DNA of 64,000 nucleotides from Eledone cirrhosa (taxonomy: Eukaryota), in assembly GCA_964016885.1 (NCBI GenBank), contig OZ024740.1:263066001-263130000 (forward strand), in the 5' to 3' direction. Under the pieces are notes generated by a model. The model was not told the DNA's origin. It saw only the letters and a list, made by a program, of their open reading frames with translations, and made no database searches. Shown here one piece after another: positions 18,001 through 33,000 of the stretch (its first letter is position 1; each line of letters starts with the position of its first letter). Made by a program: the position numbers and the translations under genes.

Positions 18001-21000
18001 TAACAAAAACAGTAACAACAACAGTAACAACAACAGTAACAACAACAGTAACAACACCAGTAACAACATACGTAACAACACCAGTAACAACATCAGTAAC
18101 AACAATAGTAACAACAACAGTAACAACATCAGTAACAACACCAGTAACAACAACAGTAACAACAATAGTAACAACACCAGTAACAACACCAGTAACAACA
18201 CCAGTAACAACATCAGTAACAACAACAGTAACAACAACAGTAACAACACCAGTAACAACATCATAACAACAACAGTAACAACAGCAGTAACAACATCAGT
18301 AACAACACCAGTAACAACATCAGTAACAACAACAGTAACAACAACAGTAACAACAACAGTAACAACATCAGTAACAACATCAGTAATAACAACAGTAACA
18401 ACAAAAGTAACAACAACAGTAACAACAACAGTAACAACATCAGTAACAACACCAGTAACAACATCAGTAACAACACCAGTAACAACAATACTAACAACAG
18501 TAACAACATCAGTAACAACACCAGTAACAACAACAGTAACAACACCAGTAACAACACCAGTAACAACATCAGTAACAACAACAGTAACAACAACAGTAAC
18601 AACACCAGTAACAACATCAGTAACAACAACAGTAACAACATCAGTAACAACACCAGTAACAACATCAGTAACAACAACAGTAACAACAACAGTAACAACA
18701 ACAGTAACAACATCAGTAACAACATCAGTAACAACAACAGTAACAACAACAGTAACAACAACAGTAACAACAATAGTAACAACAGTAACAACACATGTAA
18801 CAACACCAGTAACAACAACAGTAACAACAACAGTAACAACACCAGTAACAACACCAGGAACAACATCAGTAACAACAACAGTAACAACACCAGTAACAAC
18901 AACAGTAACAACACCAGTAACAACAACAGTAACAACAACAGTAACAACAACAGTAACAACATCAGTAACAACACCAGTAACAACATCAGTAACAACAACA
19001 GTAACAACAACAGTAACAACAACAGTAACAACAACAGTAACAACACCAGTAACAGCATACGTAACAACACCAGTAACAACATCGGTAACAACAATAGTAA
19101 CAAAAACAGTAACAACATCAGTAACAACACCAGTAACAACAACAGTAACAACAATAGTAACAACACCAGTAACAACATCAGTAACAAAAACAGTAACAAC
19201 AACAGTAACAACAACAGTAACAACAACAGTAACAACACCAGTAACAACATACGTAACAACACCAGTAACAACATCAGTAACAACAATAGTAACAACAACA
19301 GTAACAACATCAGTAACAACACCAGTAACAACAACAGTAACAACAATAGTAACAACACCAGTAACAACAACAGTAACAACAACAGTAACAACATCAGTAA
19401 CAACAACAGTAACAACAACAGTAACAACAACAGTAACAACAAAAGTAACAACACCAGTAACAGCATACGTAACAACACCAGTAACAACATCAGTAACAAC
19501 AATAGTAACAACAACAGTAACAACATCAGTAACAACACCAGTAACAACAACAGTAACAACAATAGTAACAAAACCAGTAACAACATCAGTAACAAAAACA
19601 GTAACAACAACAGTAACAACAACAGTAACAACAACAGTAACAACACCAGTAACAACACCAGTAACAACATACGTAACAACACCAGTAACAACATCAGTAA
19701 CAACAATAGTAACAACAACAGTAACAACATCAGTAACAACACCAGTAACAACAACAGTAACAACAATAGTAACAACACCAGTAACAACAACAGTAACAAC
19801 AACAGTAACAACATCAGTAACAACAACAGTAACAACAACAGTAACAACAACAGTAACAACACCAGTAACAACATACGTAACAACACCAGTAACAACACCA
19901 GTAAAAACAATAGTAACAACAACATTAACCACATCAGTAACAACATACGTAACAACACCAGTAACAACAACAGTAACAACAGTAACAACACCAGTAACAA
20001 CATCAGTAATAACACCAGTAACAACAACAGTAACAACATCAGTAACAACATCAGTAACAACAACAGTAACAACACCAGTAACAACACCAGTAACAACAAT
20101 AGTAACAACAGTAACAACAACAGTAACAACACCAGTAACAACAACAGTAACAACACCAGTAACAACATCAGTAACAACATCAATAACAACAACAGTAACA
20201 ACATCAGTAACAACACCAGTAACAACAACAGTAACAACACCAGTAACAACACCAGTAACAACATCAGTAACAACAACAGTAACAACAACAGTAACAACAC
20301 CAGTAACAACATCAGTAACAACAACAGTAACAACAACAGTAACAACATCAGTAACAACACCAGTAACAACATCAGTAACAACAACAGTAACAACAACAGT
20401 AACAACAACAGTAACAACATCAGTAACAACATCAGTAATAACAACAGTAACAACAAAAGTAACAACAACAGTAACAACAACAGTAACAACATCAGTAACA
20501 ACACCAGTAACAACATCAGTAACAACAACAGTAACAACACCAGTAACAACATCAGGAACAACATCGGTAACAACAACAGTAACAACACCAGTAACAACAA
20601 CAGTAACAACACCAGTAACAACAACAGTAACAACAACAGTAACAACACCAGTAACAACAACAGTAACAACATCAGTAACAACACCAGTAAAAACAATAGT
20701 AACAACAACAGTAACAACATCAGTAACAACATACGTAACAACACCAGTAACAACAACAGTAACAACAGTAACAACACCAGTAACAACATCAGCAACAACA
20801 CCAGTAACAACAACAGTAACAACACCAGTAACAACACCAGTAACAACATCAGTAACAACAACAGTAACAACAACAGTAACAACACCAGTAACAACATCAG
20901 TAACAACAACATTAACAACAACAGTAACAACATCAGTAACAACACCAGTAACAACATCAGTAACAACAACAGGAACAACATCAGTAACAACACCAGTAAC

Positions 21001-24000
21001 AACATCAGTAACAACAACAATAACAACAACAACAGTAACAACAACAGTAACAACAACAGTAACAACACCAGTAACAACAACAGTAACAACATCAGTAACA
21101 ACAACAGTAACAACAACAGTAACAACACCAGTAACAACACCAGGAACAACATCAGTAACAACAACAGTAACAACACCAGTAACAACAACAGTAACAACAC
21201 CAGTAACAACAACAGTAACAACAACAGTAACAACAACAGTAACAACATCAGTAACAACACCAGTAACAACATCAGTAACAACAACAGTAACAACAACAGT
21301 AACAACAACAGTAACAACAACAGTAACAACACCAGTAACAACATACGTAACAACACCAGTAACAACACCAGTAACAACAATAGTAACAACAGTAACAACA
21401 TCAGTAACAACACCAGTAACAACAACAGTAACAACACCAGTAACAACATCAGTAACAACATCAGTAACAACAACAGTAACAACAACAGTAACAACAACAG
21501 TAACAACATCAGTAACAACATCAGTAACAACAACAGTAACAACAATAGTAACAACAGTAACAACACATGTAACAACACTAGTAACAACATCAGTAACAAC
21601 ACCAGGAACAACATCAGTAACAACACCATTAACAACATCAGTAACAACAACAGTAACAACAACAACAACAGTAACAACAACAGTAACAACAACAGTAACA
21701 ACACCAGTAACAACAACAGTAACAACATCAGTAACAACAACAGTAACAACAACAGTAACAACACCAGTAACAACACCAGGAACAACATCAGTAACAACAA
21801 CAGTAACAACACCAGTAACAACAACAGTAACAACACCAGTAACAACAACAGTAACAACAACAGTAACAACAACAGTAACAACATCAGTAACAACACCAGT
21901 AACAACATCAGTAACAACAACAGTAACAACAACAGTAACAACAACAGTAACAACAACAGTAACAGCATACGTAACAACACCAGTAACAACATCGGTAACA
22001 ACAATAGTAACAAAAAGAGTAACAACATCAGTAACAACACCAGTAACAACAACAGTAACAACAATAGTAACAACACCAGTAACAACATCAGTAACAAAAA
22101 CAGTAACAACAACAGTAACAACAACAGTAACAACAACAGTAACAACACCAGTAACAACATACGTAACAACACCAGTAACAACATCAGTAACAACAATAGT
22201 AACAACAACAGTAACAACATCAGTAACAACACCAGTAACAACAACAGTAACAACAATAGTAACAACACCAGTAACAACACCAGTAACAACACCAGTAACA
22301 ACATCAGTAACAACAACAGTAACAACAACAGTAACAACACCAGTAACAACATCATAACAACAACAGTAACAACAACAATAACAACATCAGTAACAACACC
22401 AGTAACAACATCAGTAACAACAACAGTAACAACAACAGTAACAGCAACAGTAACAACATCAGTAACAACATCAGTAATAACAACAGTAACAACAAAAGTA
22501 ACAACAACAGTAACAACAACAGTAACAACATCAGTAACAACACCAGTAACAACATCAGTAACAACACCAGTAACAACAATACTAACAACAGTAACAACAT
22601 CAGTAACAACACCAGTAACAACAACAGTAACAACACCAGTAACAACACCAGTAACAACATCAGTAACAACAACAGTAACAACAACAGTAACAACACCAGT
22701 AACAACATCAGTAACAACAACAGTAACAACATCAGTAACAACACCAGTAACAACATCAGTAACAACAACAGTAACAACAACAGTAACAACAACAGTAACA
22801 ACATCAGTAACAACATCAGTAACAACAACAGTAACAACAACAGTAACAACAACAGTAACAACAATAGTAACAACAGTAACAACACATGTAACAACACCAG
22901 TAACAACAACAGTAACAACAACAGTAACAACACCAGTAACAACACCAGGAACAACATCAGTAACAACAACAGTAACAACACCAGTAACAACAACAGTAAC
23001 AACACCAGTAACAACAACAGTAACAACAACAGTAACAACAACAGTAACAACATCAGTAACAACACCAGTAACAACATCAGTAACAACAACAGTAACAACA
23101 ACAGTAACAACAACAGTAACAACAACAGTAACAACACCAGTAACAGCATACGTAACAACACCAGTAACAACATCGGTAACAACAATAGTAACAAAAACAG
23201 TAACAACATCAGTAACAACACCAGTAACAACAACAGTAACAACAATAGTAACAACACCAGTAACAACATCAGTAACAAAAACAGTAACAACAACAGTAAC
23301 AACAACAGTAACAACAACAGTAACAACACCAGTAACAACATACGTAACAACACCAGTAACAACATCAGTAACAACAATAGTAACAACAACAGTAACAACA
23401 TCAGTAACAACACCAGTAACAACAACAGTAACAACAATAGTAACAACACCAGTAACAACAACAGTAACAACAACAGTAACAACATCAGTAACAACAACAG
23501 TAACAACAACAGTAACAACAACAGTAACAACACCAGTAACAACATACGTAACAACACCAGTAACAACACCAGTAAAAACAATAGTAACAACAACAGTAAC
23601 AACACCAGTAACAACAACAGTAACAACAGTAACAACACCAGTAACAACATCAGTAACAACACCAGTAACAACAACAGTAACAACACCAGTAACAACACCA
23701 GTAACAACATACGTAACAACACCAGTAACAACATCAGTAACAACAATAGTAACAACAACAGTAACAATATCAGTAACAACACCAGTAACAACAACAGTAA
23801 CAACACCAGTAACAACATCAGTAACAACATCAGTAACAACAACAGTAACAACATCAGTAACAACATCAGTAACAACAACAGTAACAACACCAGTAACAAC
23901 ACCAGTAACAACAATAGTAACAACAGTAACAACAACAGTAACAACACCAGTAACAACAACAGTAACAACACCAGTAACAACATCAGTAACAACATCAATA

Positions 24001-27000
24001 ACAACAACAGTAACAACATCAGTAACAACACCAGTAACAACAACAGTAACAACACCAGTAACAACACCAGTAACAACATCAGTAACAACAACAGTAACAA
24101 CAACAGTAACAACACCAGTAACAACATCAGTAACAACAACAGTAACAACATCAGTAACAACATCAGTAACAACAACAGTAACAACAACAGTAACAACAAC
24201 AGTAACAACAATAGTAACAACAGTAACAACACATGTAACAACACCAGTAACAACATCAGTAACAACACCAGGAACAACATCAGTAACAACACCATTAACA
24301 ACATCAGTAACAACAACAGTAACAACAACAACAACAGTAACAACAACAGTAACAACAACAGTAACAACACCAGTAACAACAACAGTAACAACATCAGTAA
24401 CAACAACAGTAACAACAACAGTAACAACACCAGTAACAACACCAGGAACAACATCAGTAACAACAACAGTAACAACACCAGTAACAACAACAGTAACAAC
24501 ACCAGTAACAACAACAGTAACAACAACAGTAACAACAACAGTAACAACATCAGTAACAACACCAGTAACAACATCAGTAACAACAACAGTAACAACAACA
24601 GTAACAACAACAGTAACAACACCAGTAACAGCATACGTAACAACACCAGTAACAACATCGGTAACAACAATAGTAACAAAAACAGTAACAACATCAGTAA
24701 CAACACCAGTAACAACAACAGTAACAACAATAGTAACAACACCAGTAACAACATCAGTAACAAAAACAGTAACAACAACAGTAACAACAACAGTAACAAC
24801 AACAGTAACAACACCAGTAACAACATACGTAACAACACCAGTAACAACATCAGTAACAACAATAGTAACAACAACAGTAACAACATCAGTAACAACACCA
24901 GTAACAACAACAGTAACAACAATAGTAACAACACCAGTAACAACAACAGTAACAACAACAGTAACAACACCAGTAACAGCATCAGTAACAACAACAGTAA
25001 CAACAACAGTAACAACACCAGTAACAACATCAGTAACAACAACAGTAACAACAACAGTAACAACATCAGTAACAACACCAGGAACAACATCAGTAACAAC
25101 ACCAGTAACAACATCAGTAACAACAACAGTAACAACAACAGTAACAACAACAGTAACAACAACAGTAACAACACCAGTAACAGCATACGTAACAACACCA
25201 GTAACAACATCGGTAATAACAATAGTAACAAAAACAGTAACAACATCAGTAACAACACCAGTAACAACAACAGTAACAACAATAGTAACAACACCAGTAA
25301 CAACATCAGTAACAAAAACAGTAACAACAACAGTAACAACAACAGTAACAACAACAGTAACAACACCAGTAACAACATACGTAACAACACCAGTAACAAC
25401 ATCAGTAACAACAATAGTAACAACAACAGTAACAACATCAGTAACAACACCAGTAACAACAACAGTAACAACAATAGTAACAACACCAGTAACAACAACA
25501 GTAACAACAACAGTAACAACATCAGTAACAACAACAGTAACAACAACAGTAACAACAACAGTAACAACACCAGTAACAACATACGTAACAACACCAGTAA
25601 CAACACCAGTAAAAACAATAGTAACAAGAACAGTAACAACATCAGTAACAACATACGTAACAACACCAGTAACAACAACAGTAACAACAGTAACAACACC
25701 AGTAACAACATCAGTAACAACACCAGTAACAACAACAGTAACAACACCAGTAACAACACCAGTAACAACATACGTAACAACACCAGTAACAACATCAGTA
25801 ACAACAATAGTAACAACAACAGTAACAATATCAGTAACAACACCAGTAACAACAACAGTAACAACACCAGTAACAACATCAGTAACAACATCAGTAACAA
25901 CAACAGTAACAACATCAGTAACAACATCAGTAACAACAACAGTAACAACACCAGTAACAACACCAGTAACAACAATAGTAACAACAGTAACAACAACAGT
26001 AACAACACCAGTAACAACAACAGTAACAACACCAGTAACAACATCAGTAACAACATCAATAACAACAACAGTAACAACATCAGTAACAACACCAGTAACA
26101 ACAACAGTAACAACACCAGTAACAACACCAGTAACAACATCAGTAACAACAACAGTAACAACAACAGTAACAACACCAGTAACAACATCAGTAACAACAA
26201 CAGTAACAACATCAGTAACAACATCAGTAACAACAACAGTAACAACAACAGTAACAACAACAGTAACAACAATAGTAACAACAGTAACAACACATGTAAC
26301 AACACCAGTAACAACATCAGTAACAACACCAGGAACAACATCAGTAACAACACCATTAACAACATCAGTAACAACAACAGTAACAACAACAACAACAGTA
26401 ACAACAACAGTAACAACAACAGTAACAACACCAGTAACAACAACAGTAACAACATCAGTAACAACAACAGTAACAACAACAGTAACAACACCAGTAACAA
26501 CACCAGGAACAACATCAGTAACAACAACAGTAACAACACCAGTAACAACAACAGTAACAACACCAGTAACAACAACAGTAACAACAACAGTAACAACAAC
26601 AGTAACAACATCAGTAACAACACCAGTAACAACATCAGTAACAACAACAGTAACAACAACAGTAACAACAACAGTAACAACACCAGTAACAGCATACGTA
26701 ACAACACCAGTAACAACATCGGTAACAACAATAGTAACAAAAACAGTAACAACATCAGTAACAACACCAGTAACAACAACAGTAACAACAATAGTAACAA
26801 CACCAGTAACAACATCAGTAACAAAAACAGTAACAACAACAGTAACAACAACAGTAACAACAACAGTAACAACACCAGTAACAACATACGTAACAACACC
26901 AGTAACAACATCAGTAACAACAATAGTAACAACAACAGTAACAACATCAGTAACAACACCAGTAACAACAACAGTAACAACAATAGTAACAACACCAGTA

Positions 27001-30000
27001 ACAACAACAGTAACAACAACAGTAACAACACCAGTAACAGCATCAGTAACAACAACAGTAACAACAACAGTAACAACACCAGTAACAACATCAGTAACAA
27101 CAACAGTAACAACAACAGTAACAACATCAGTAACAACACCAGTAACAACATCAGTAACAACAACAGTAACAACAACAGTAACAACAACAGTAACAACATC
27201 AGTAACAACATCAGTAACAACAACAGTAACAACAACAGTAACAACAACAGTAACAACAACAGTAACAACATTAGTAACAACAACAGTAACAACAAGAGTA
27301 ACAACACCAGTAACAACATCAGTAAAAACAACAGTAACAACAACAGTAACAACACCAGTAACAACATCAGTAACAACAACAGTAACAACAACAGTAACAA
27401 CATCAGTAACAACACCAGTAACAACAACATCTCCAGTAACAACAACAGTAACAACACCAGTAACAGCACCAGTAACAACATCAGTAACAACATCAGTAAC
27501 AACATCAGTAACAACAACAGTAACAACAACAGTAACAACAACAGTAACAACATCAGTAACAACACCAGTAACATCATCAGTAACAACAACAGTAACAACA
27601 TCAGTAACAACAACAGTAACAACAACAGTAACAACAACAGTAACAACATCAGTAACAACATCAGTAAAAACATCAGTAACAACACCAGTAACAACACCAG
27701 TAACAACATCAGTAACAACACCAGTAACAATATCAGTAACAACAACAACAGTAACAACAACAGTAACAACACCAGTAACAACAACAGTAACAACATCAGT
27801 AACAACACCAGTAACAACACCAGTAACAACAACAGTAACAACAACAGTAACAATACCAGTAACAACAACAGTAACAACATCAGTAACAGCAACAGTAACA
27901 ACAACAGTAACAACACCAGTAACAACAACAGTAACAACACCAGTAACAACAACAGTAACAACACCAGTAACAACAACAGTAACAACAACAGTAACAACAA
28001 CAGTAACAACATCAGTAACAACACCAGTAACAACATCAGTAACAACAGCAGTAACAACAACAGTAACAACAACAGTAACAACAACAGTAACAACACCAGT
28101 TACAGCATACGTAACAACACCAGTAACAACAGCAGTAACAACAATAGTAACAACAACAGTAACAACATCAGTTTCAACACCAGTAACAACAACAGTAACA
28201 ACAATAGTAACAACACCAGTAACAACATCAGTAACAAAAACAGTAACAACAACAGTAACAACAACAGTAACAACAACAGTAACAACACCAGTAACAACAT
28301 ACGTAACAACACCAGTAATAACATCAGTAACAACAATAGTAACAACAACAGTAACAACATCAGTAACAACACCAGTAACAACAACAGTAACAACAATAGT
28401 AACAACACCAGTAACAACAACAGTAACAACAACAGTAACAACATCAGTAACAACAACAGTAACAACAACAGTAACAACAACAGTAACAACACCAGTAACA
28501 ACATACGTAACAACACCAGTAACAACACCAGTAAAAACAATAGTAACAACAACAGTAACAACATCAGTAACAACATACGTAACAACACCAGTAACAACAA
28601 CAGTAACAACAGTAACAACACCAGTAACAACATCAGTAACAACACCAGTAACAACAACAGTAACAACACCAGTAACAACACCAGTAACAACATCAGTAAC
28701 AACAACAGTAACAACAACAGTAACAACACCAGTAACAACATCAGTAACAACAACAGTAACAACAACAGTAACAACATCAGTAACAACACCAGTAACAACA
28801 TCAGTAACAACAACAGTAACAACAACAGTAACAACAACAGTAACAACATCAGTAACAACATCAGTAATAACAACAGTAACAACAAAAGTAACAACAACAG
28901 TAACAACAACAGTAACAACATCAGTAACAACACCAGTAACAACATCAGTAACAACAACAGTAACAACACCAGTAACAACATCAGGAACAACATCAGTAAC
29001 AACACCAGTAACAACATCAGTAACAACAACAGTAACAACAACAGTAACAACAACAGTAACAACACCAGTAACAACACCAGTAACAACAACAGTAACAACA
29101 CCAGTAACAACAACAGTAACAACAACAGTAACAACAACAGTAACAACACCAGTAACAACAACAGTAACAACATCAGTAACAACACCAGTAAAAACAATAG
29201 TAACAACAACAGTAACAACATCAGTAACAACATACGTATCAACACCAGTAACAACAACAGTAACAACAGTAACAACACCAGTAACAACATCAGTAACAAC
29301 ACCAGTAACAACAACAGTAACAACACCAGTAACAACACCAGTAACAACATCAGTAACAACAACAGTAACAACAACAGTAACAACACCAGTAACAACATCA
29401 GTAACAACAACAGTAACAACAACAGTAACAACATCAGTAACAACACCAGTAACAACAACAGTAACAACAACAGGAACAACATCAGTAACAACACCAGTAA
29501 CAACATCAGTAACAACAACAATAACAACAACAACAGTAACAACAACAGTAACAACAACAGTAACAACACCAGTAACAACAACAGTAACAACATCAGTAAC
29601 AACAACAGTAACAACAACAGTAACAACACCAGTAACAACACCAGGAACAACATCAGTAACAACAACAGTAACAACACCAGTAACAACAACAGTAACAACA
29701 CCAGTAACAACAACAGTAACAACAACAGTAACAACAACAGTAAAAACATCAGTAACAACACCAGTAACAACATCAGTAACAACAACAGTAACAACAACAG
29801 TAACAACAACAGTAACAACAACAGTAACAACACCAGTAACAACATACGTAACAACACCAGTAACAACATCAGTAACAACAATAGTAACAACAACAGTAAC
29901 AACATCAGTAACAACAGCAGTAACAACACTAGTAACAACAACAGTAACAACAATAGTAACAACACCAGTAACAACATCAGTAACAACAACAGTAACAGCA

Positions 30001-33000
30001 ACAGTAACAACAACAGTAACAACACCAGTAACAACATACGTAACAACACCAGTAACAACATCAGTAACAACAATAGTAACAACAGTAACAACATCAGTAA
30101 CAACACCAGTAACAACAACAGTAACAACACCAGTAACAACATCAGTAACAACATCAGTAACAACAACAGTAACAACAACAGTAACAACAACAGTAACAAC
30201 ACCAGTAACAACATCAGTAACAACACCAGTAACAACATCAGTAACAACATCAGTAACAACAACAGTAACAACAACAGTAACAACACCAGTAACAACACCA
30301 GTAACAACATCAGTAACAACAACAGTAACAACAACAGTAACAACACCAGTAACAACATCAGTAACAACAACAGTAACAACAACAGTAACAACATCAGTAA
30401 CAACACCAGTAACAACATCAGTAACAACAACAGTAACAACAACAGTAACAACAACAGTAACAACAACAGTAACAACATCAGTAACAACAACAGTAACAAC
30501 AACAGTAACAACAACAGTAACAACAATAGTAACAACAGTAACAACACATGTAACAACACCAGTAACAACATCAGTAACAACGCCAGGAACAACATCAGTA
30601 ACAACACCATTAACAACATCAGTAACAACAACAGTAACAACAACAACAACAGTAACAACAACAGTAACAACAACAGTAACAACACCAGTAACAACAACAG
30701 TAACAACATCAGTAACAACAACAGTAACAACAACAGTAACAACACCAGTAACAACACCAGGAACAACATCAGTAACAACAACAGTAACAACAACAGTAAC
30801 AACATCAGTAACAACACCAGTAACAACATCAGTAACAACAACAGTAACAACAACAGTAACAACAACAGTAACAACAACAGTAACAACACCAGTAACAGCA
30901 TACGTAACAACACCAGTAACAACATCGGTAACAACAATAGTAACAAAAACAGTAACAACATCAGTAACAACACAAGTAACAACAACAGTAACAACAACAG
31001 TAACAACATCAGTAACAACAACAGTAACAACAACAGTAACAACAACAGTAACAACACCAGTAACAACATACGTAACAACACCAGTAACAACACCAGTAAA
31101 AACAATAGTAACAACAACAGTAACAACATCAGTAACAACATACGTAACAACACCAGTAACAACAACAGTAACAACAGTAACAACACCAGTAACAACATCA
31201 GTCACAACACCAGTAACAACAACAGTAACAACACCAGTAACAACACCAGTAACAACATCAGTAACAACAACAGTAACAACAACAGTAACATCACCAGTAA
31301 CAACATCAGTAATAACAGCAGTAACAACATCAGTAACAACACCAGTAACAACATCAGTAACAACAACAGTAACAACAACAGTAACAACAACAGTAACAAC
31401 ATCAGTAACAACATCAGTAATAACAACAGTAACAACAAAAGTAACAACAACAGTAACAACAACAGTAACAACATCAGTAACAGCACCAGTAACAACATCA
31501 GTAACAACAACAGTAACAACACCAGTAACAACATCAGTAACAACAACAGTAACAACAACAGTAACAACACCAGTAACAACATCAGTAACAACAACAGTAA
31601 CAACAACAGTAACAACATCAGTAACAACACCAGTAACAACAACAGCAACAAAAACAGTAACAACACCAGTAACAACAACATCACCAGTAACAACAACAGT
31701 AACAACACCAGTAACAACATCAGTAACAACAACAGTAACAACACCAGTAACAACATCAGTAACAACACCAGTAACAACATCAGTAACAACAACAGTAACA
31801 ACAACAGTAACAACACCAGTAACAACATCAGTAACAACAACATTAACAACACCAGTAACAACATCAGTAACAACAACAGTAACAACAACAGTAACAACAT
31901 CAGTAACAACAGCAGTAACAACACCAGTAACAACATCAGTAACAACACTAGTAACAACAACAGTAACAACAACAGTAACAATAACAGTAACAACACCAGT
32001 AACACAATCAGTAACAGCAACAGTAACAACAACAATAACAACACCAGTAACAACAACAGTAACAACACCAGTAACAACATCAGTAACAACAACAGTAACA
32101 ACAACAGTAACAACACCAGTAACAACATCAGTAACAACACCAGTAACAACACCAGTAACAACATCAGTATCAACACCAGTAACAACATCAGTATCAACAA
32201 CAGTAACAACACCAGTAACATATCAGTAACAACATCAGTAACAACAACAGTAACAACATCAGTAACAACATCAGTAACAACATCAGTAACAATACCAGTA
32301 ACAACAGTAACAACAACAGTAACAACAACAACAGTAACAACAACAGTAACAACAACAACAGTAACAACACAGTAACAACAACAGTAACAACAACAGTAAC
32401 AACACCAGTAACAACAACAGTAACAACAACAGTAACAACACCAGTAACAACAACTGTAACAACACCAGTAACAACAACAGTAACAACATCAGTAACAACA
32501 CCAGTAACAACAACAATAGTAACAATATCAGTAACAACACCAGTAACCACAACAGTAACAACATCAGTAACAACAACAGTAACAACATCAGTAACAACAC
32601 CAGTAACAACAACAGTAACAACAACAGTAACAACAACAGTAACAACACCAGTAACAACACCAGTAACAACACCAGTAACAACAACAGTAACAACACCAGT
32701 AACCACACCAGTAACCACACCAGTAACAACACCAGTAACAACACCAGTAACAACACCAGTAACAACACCAGTAACAACAACAGTAACAACACCAGTAACA
32801 ACAACAGTAACAACATCAGTAACAACACCAGTAACAACACCACTAACAACACCAGTAACAACAACAGTAACAACAACAATAACAACACCAGTAACAACAT
32901 CAGTAACAACACCAGTAACAACATCAGTAACAACAACAGTAACAACATCAGTAACAACACCAGTAACAACAACAGCAACAACAACAGTAACAACACCAGT

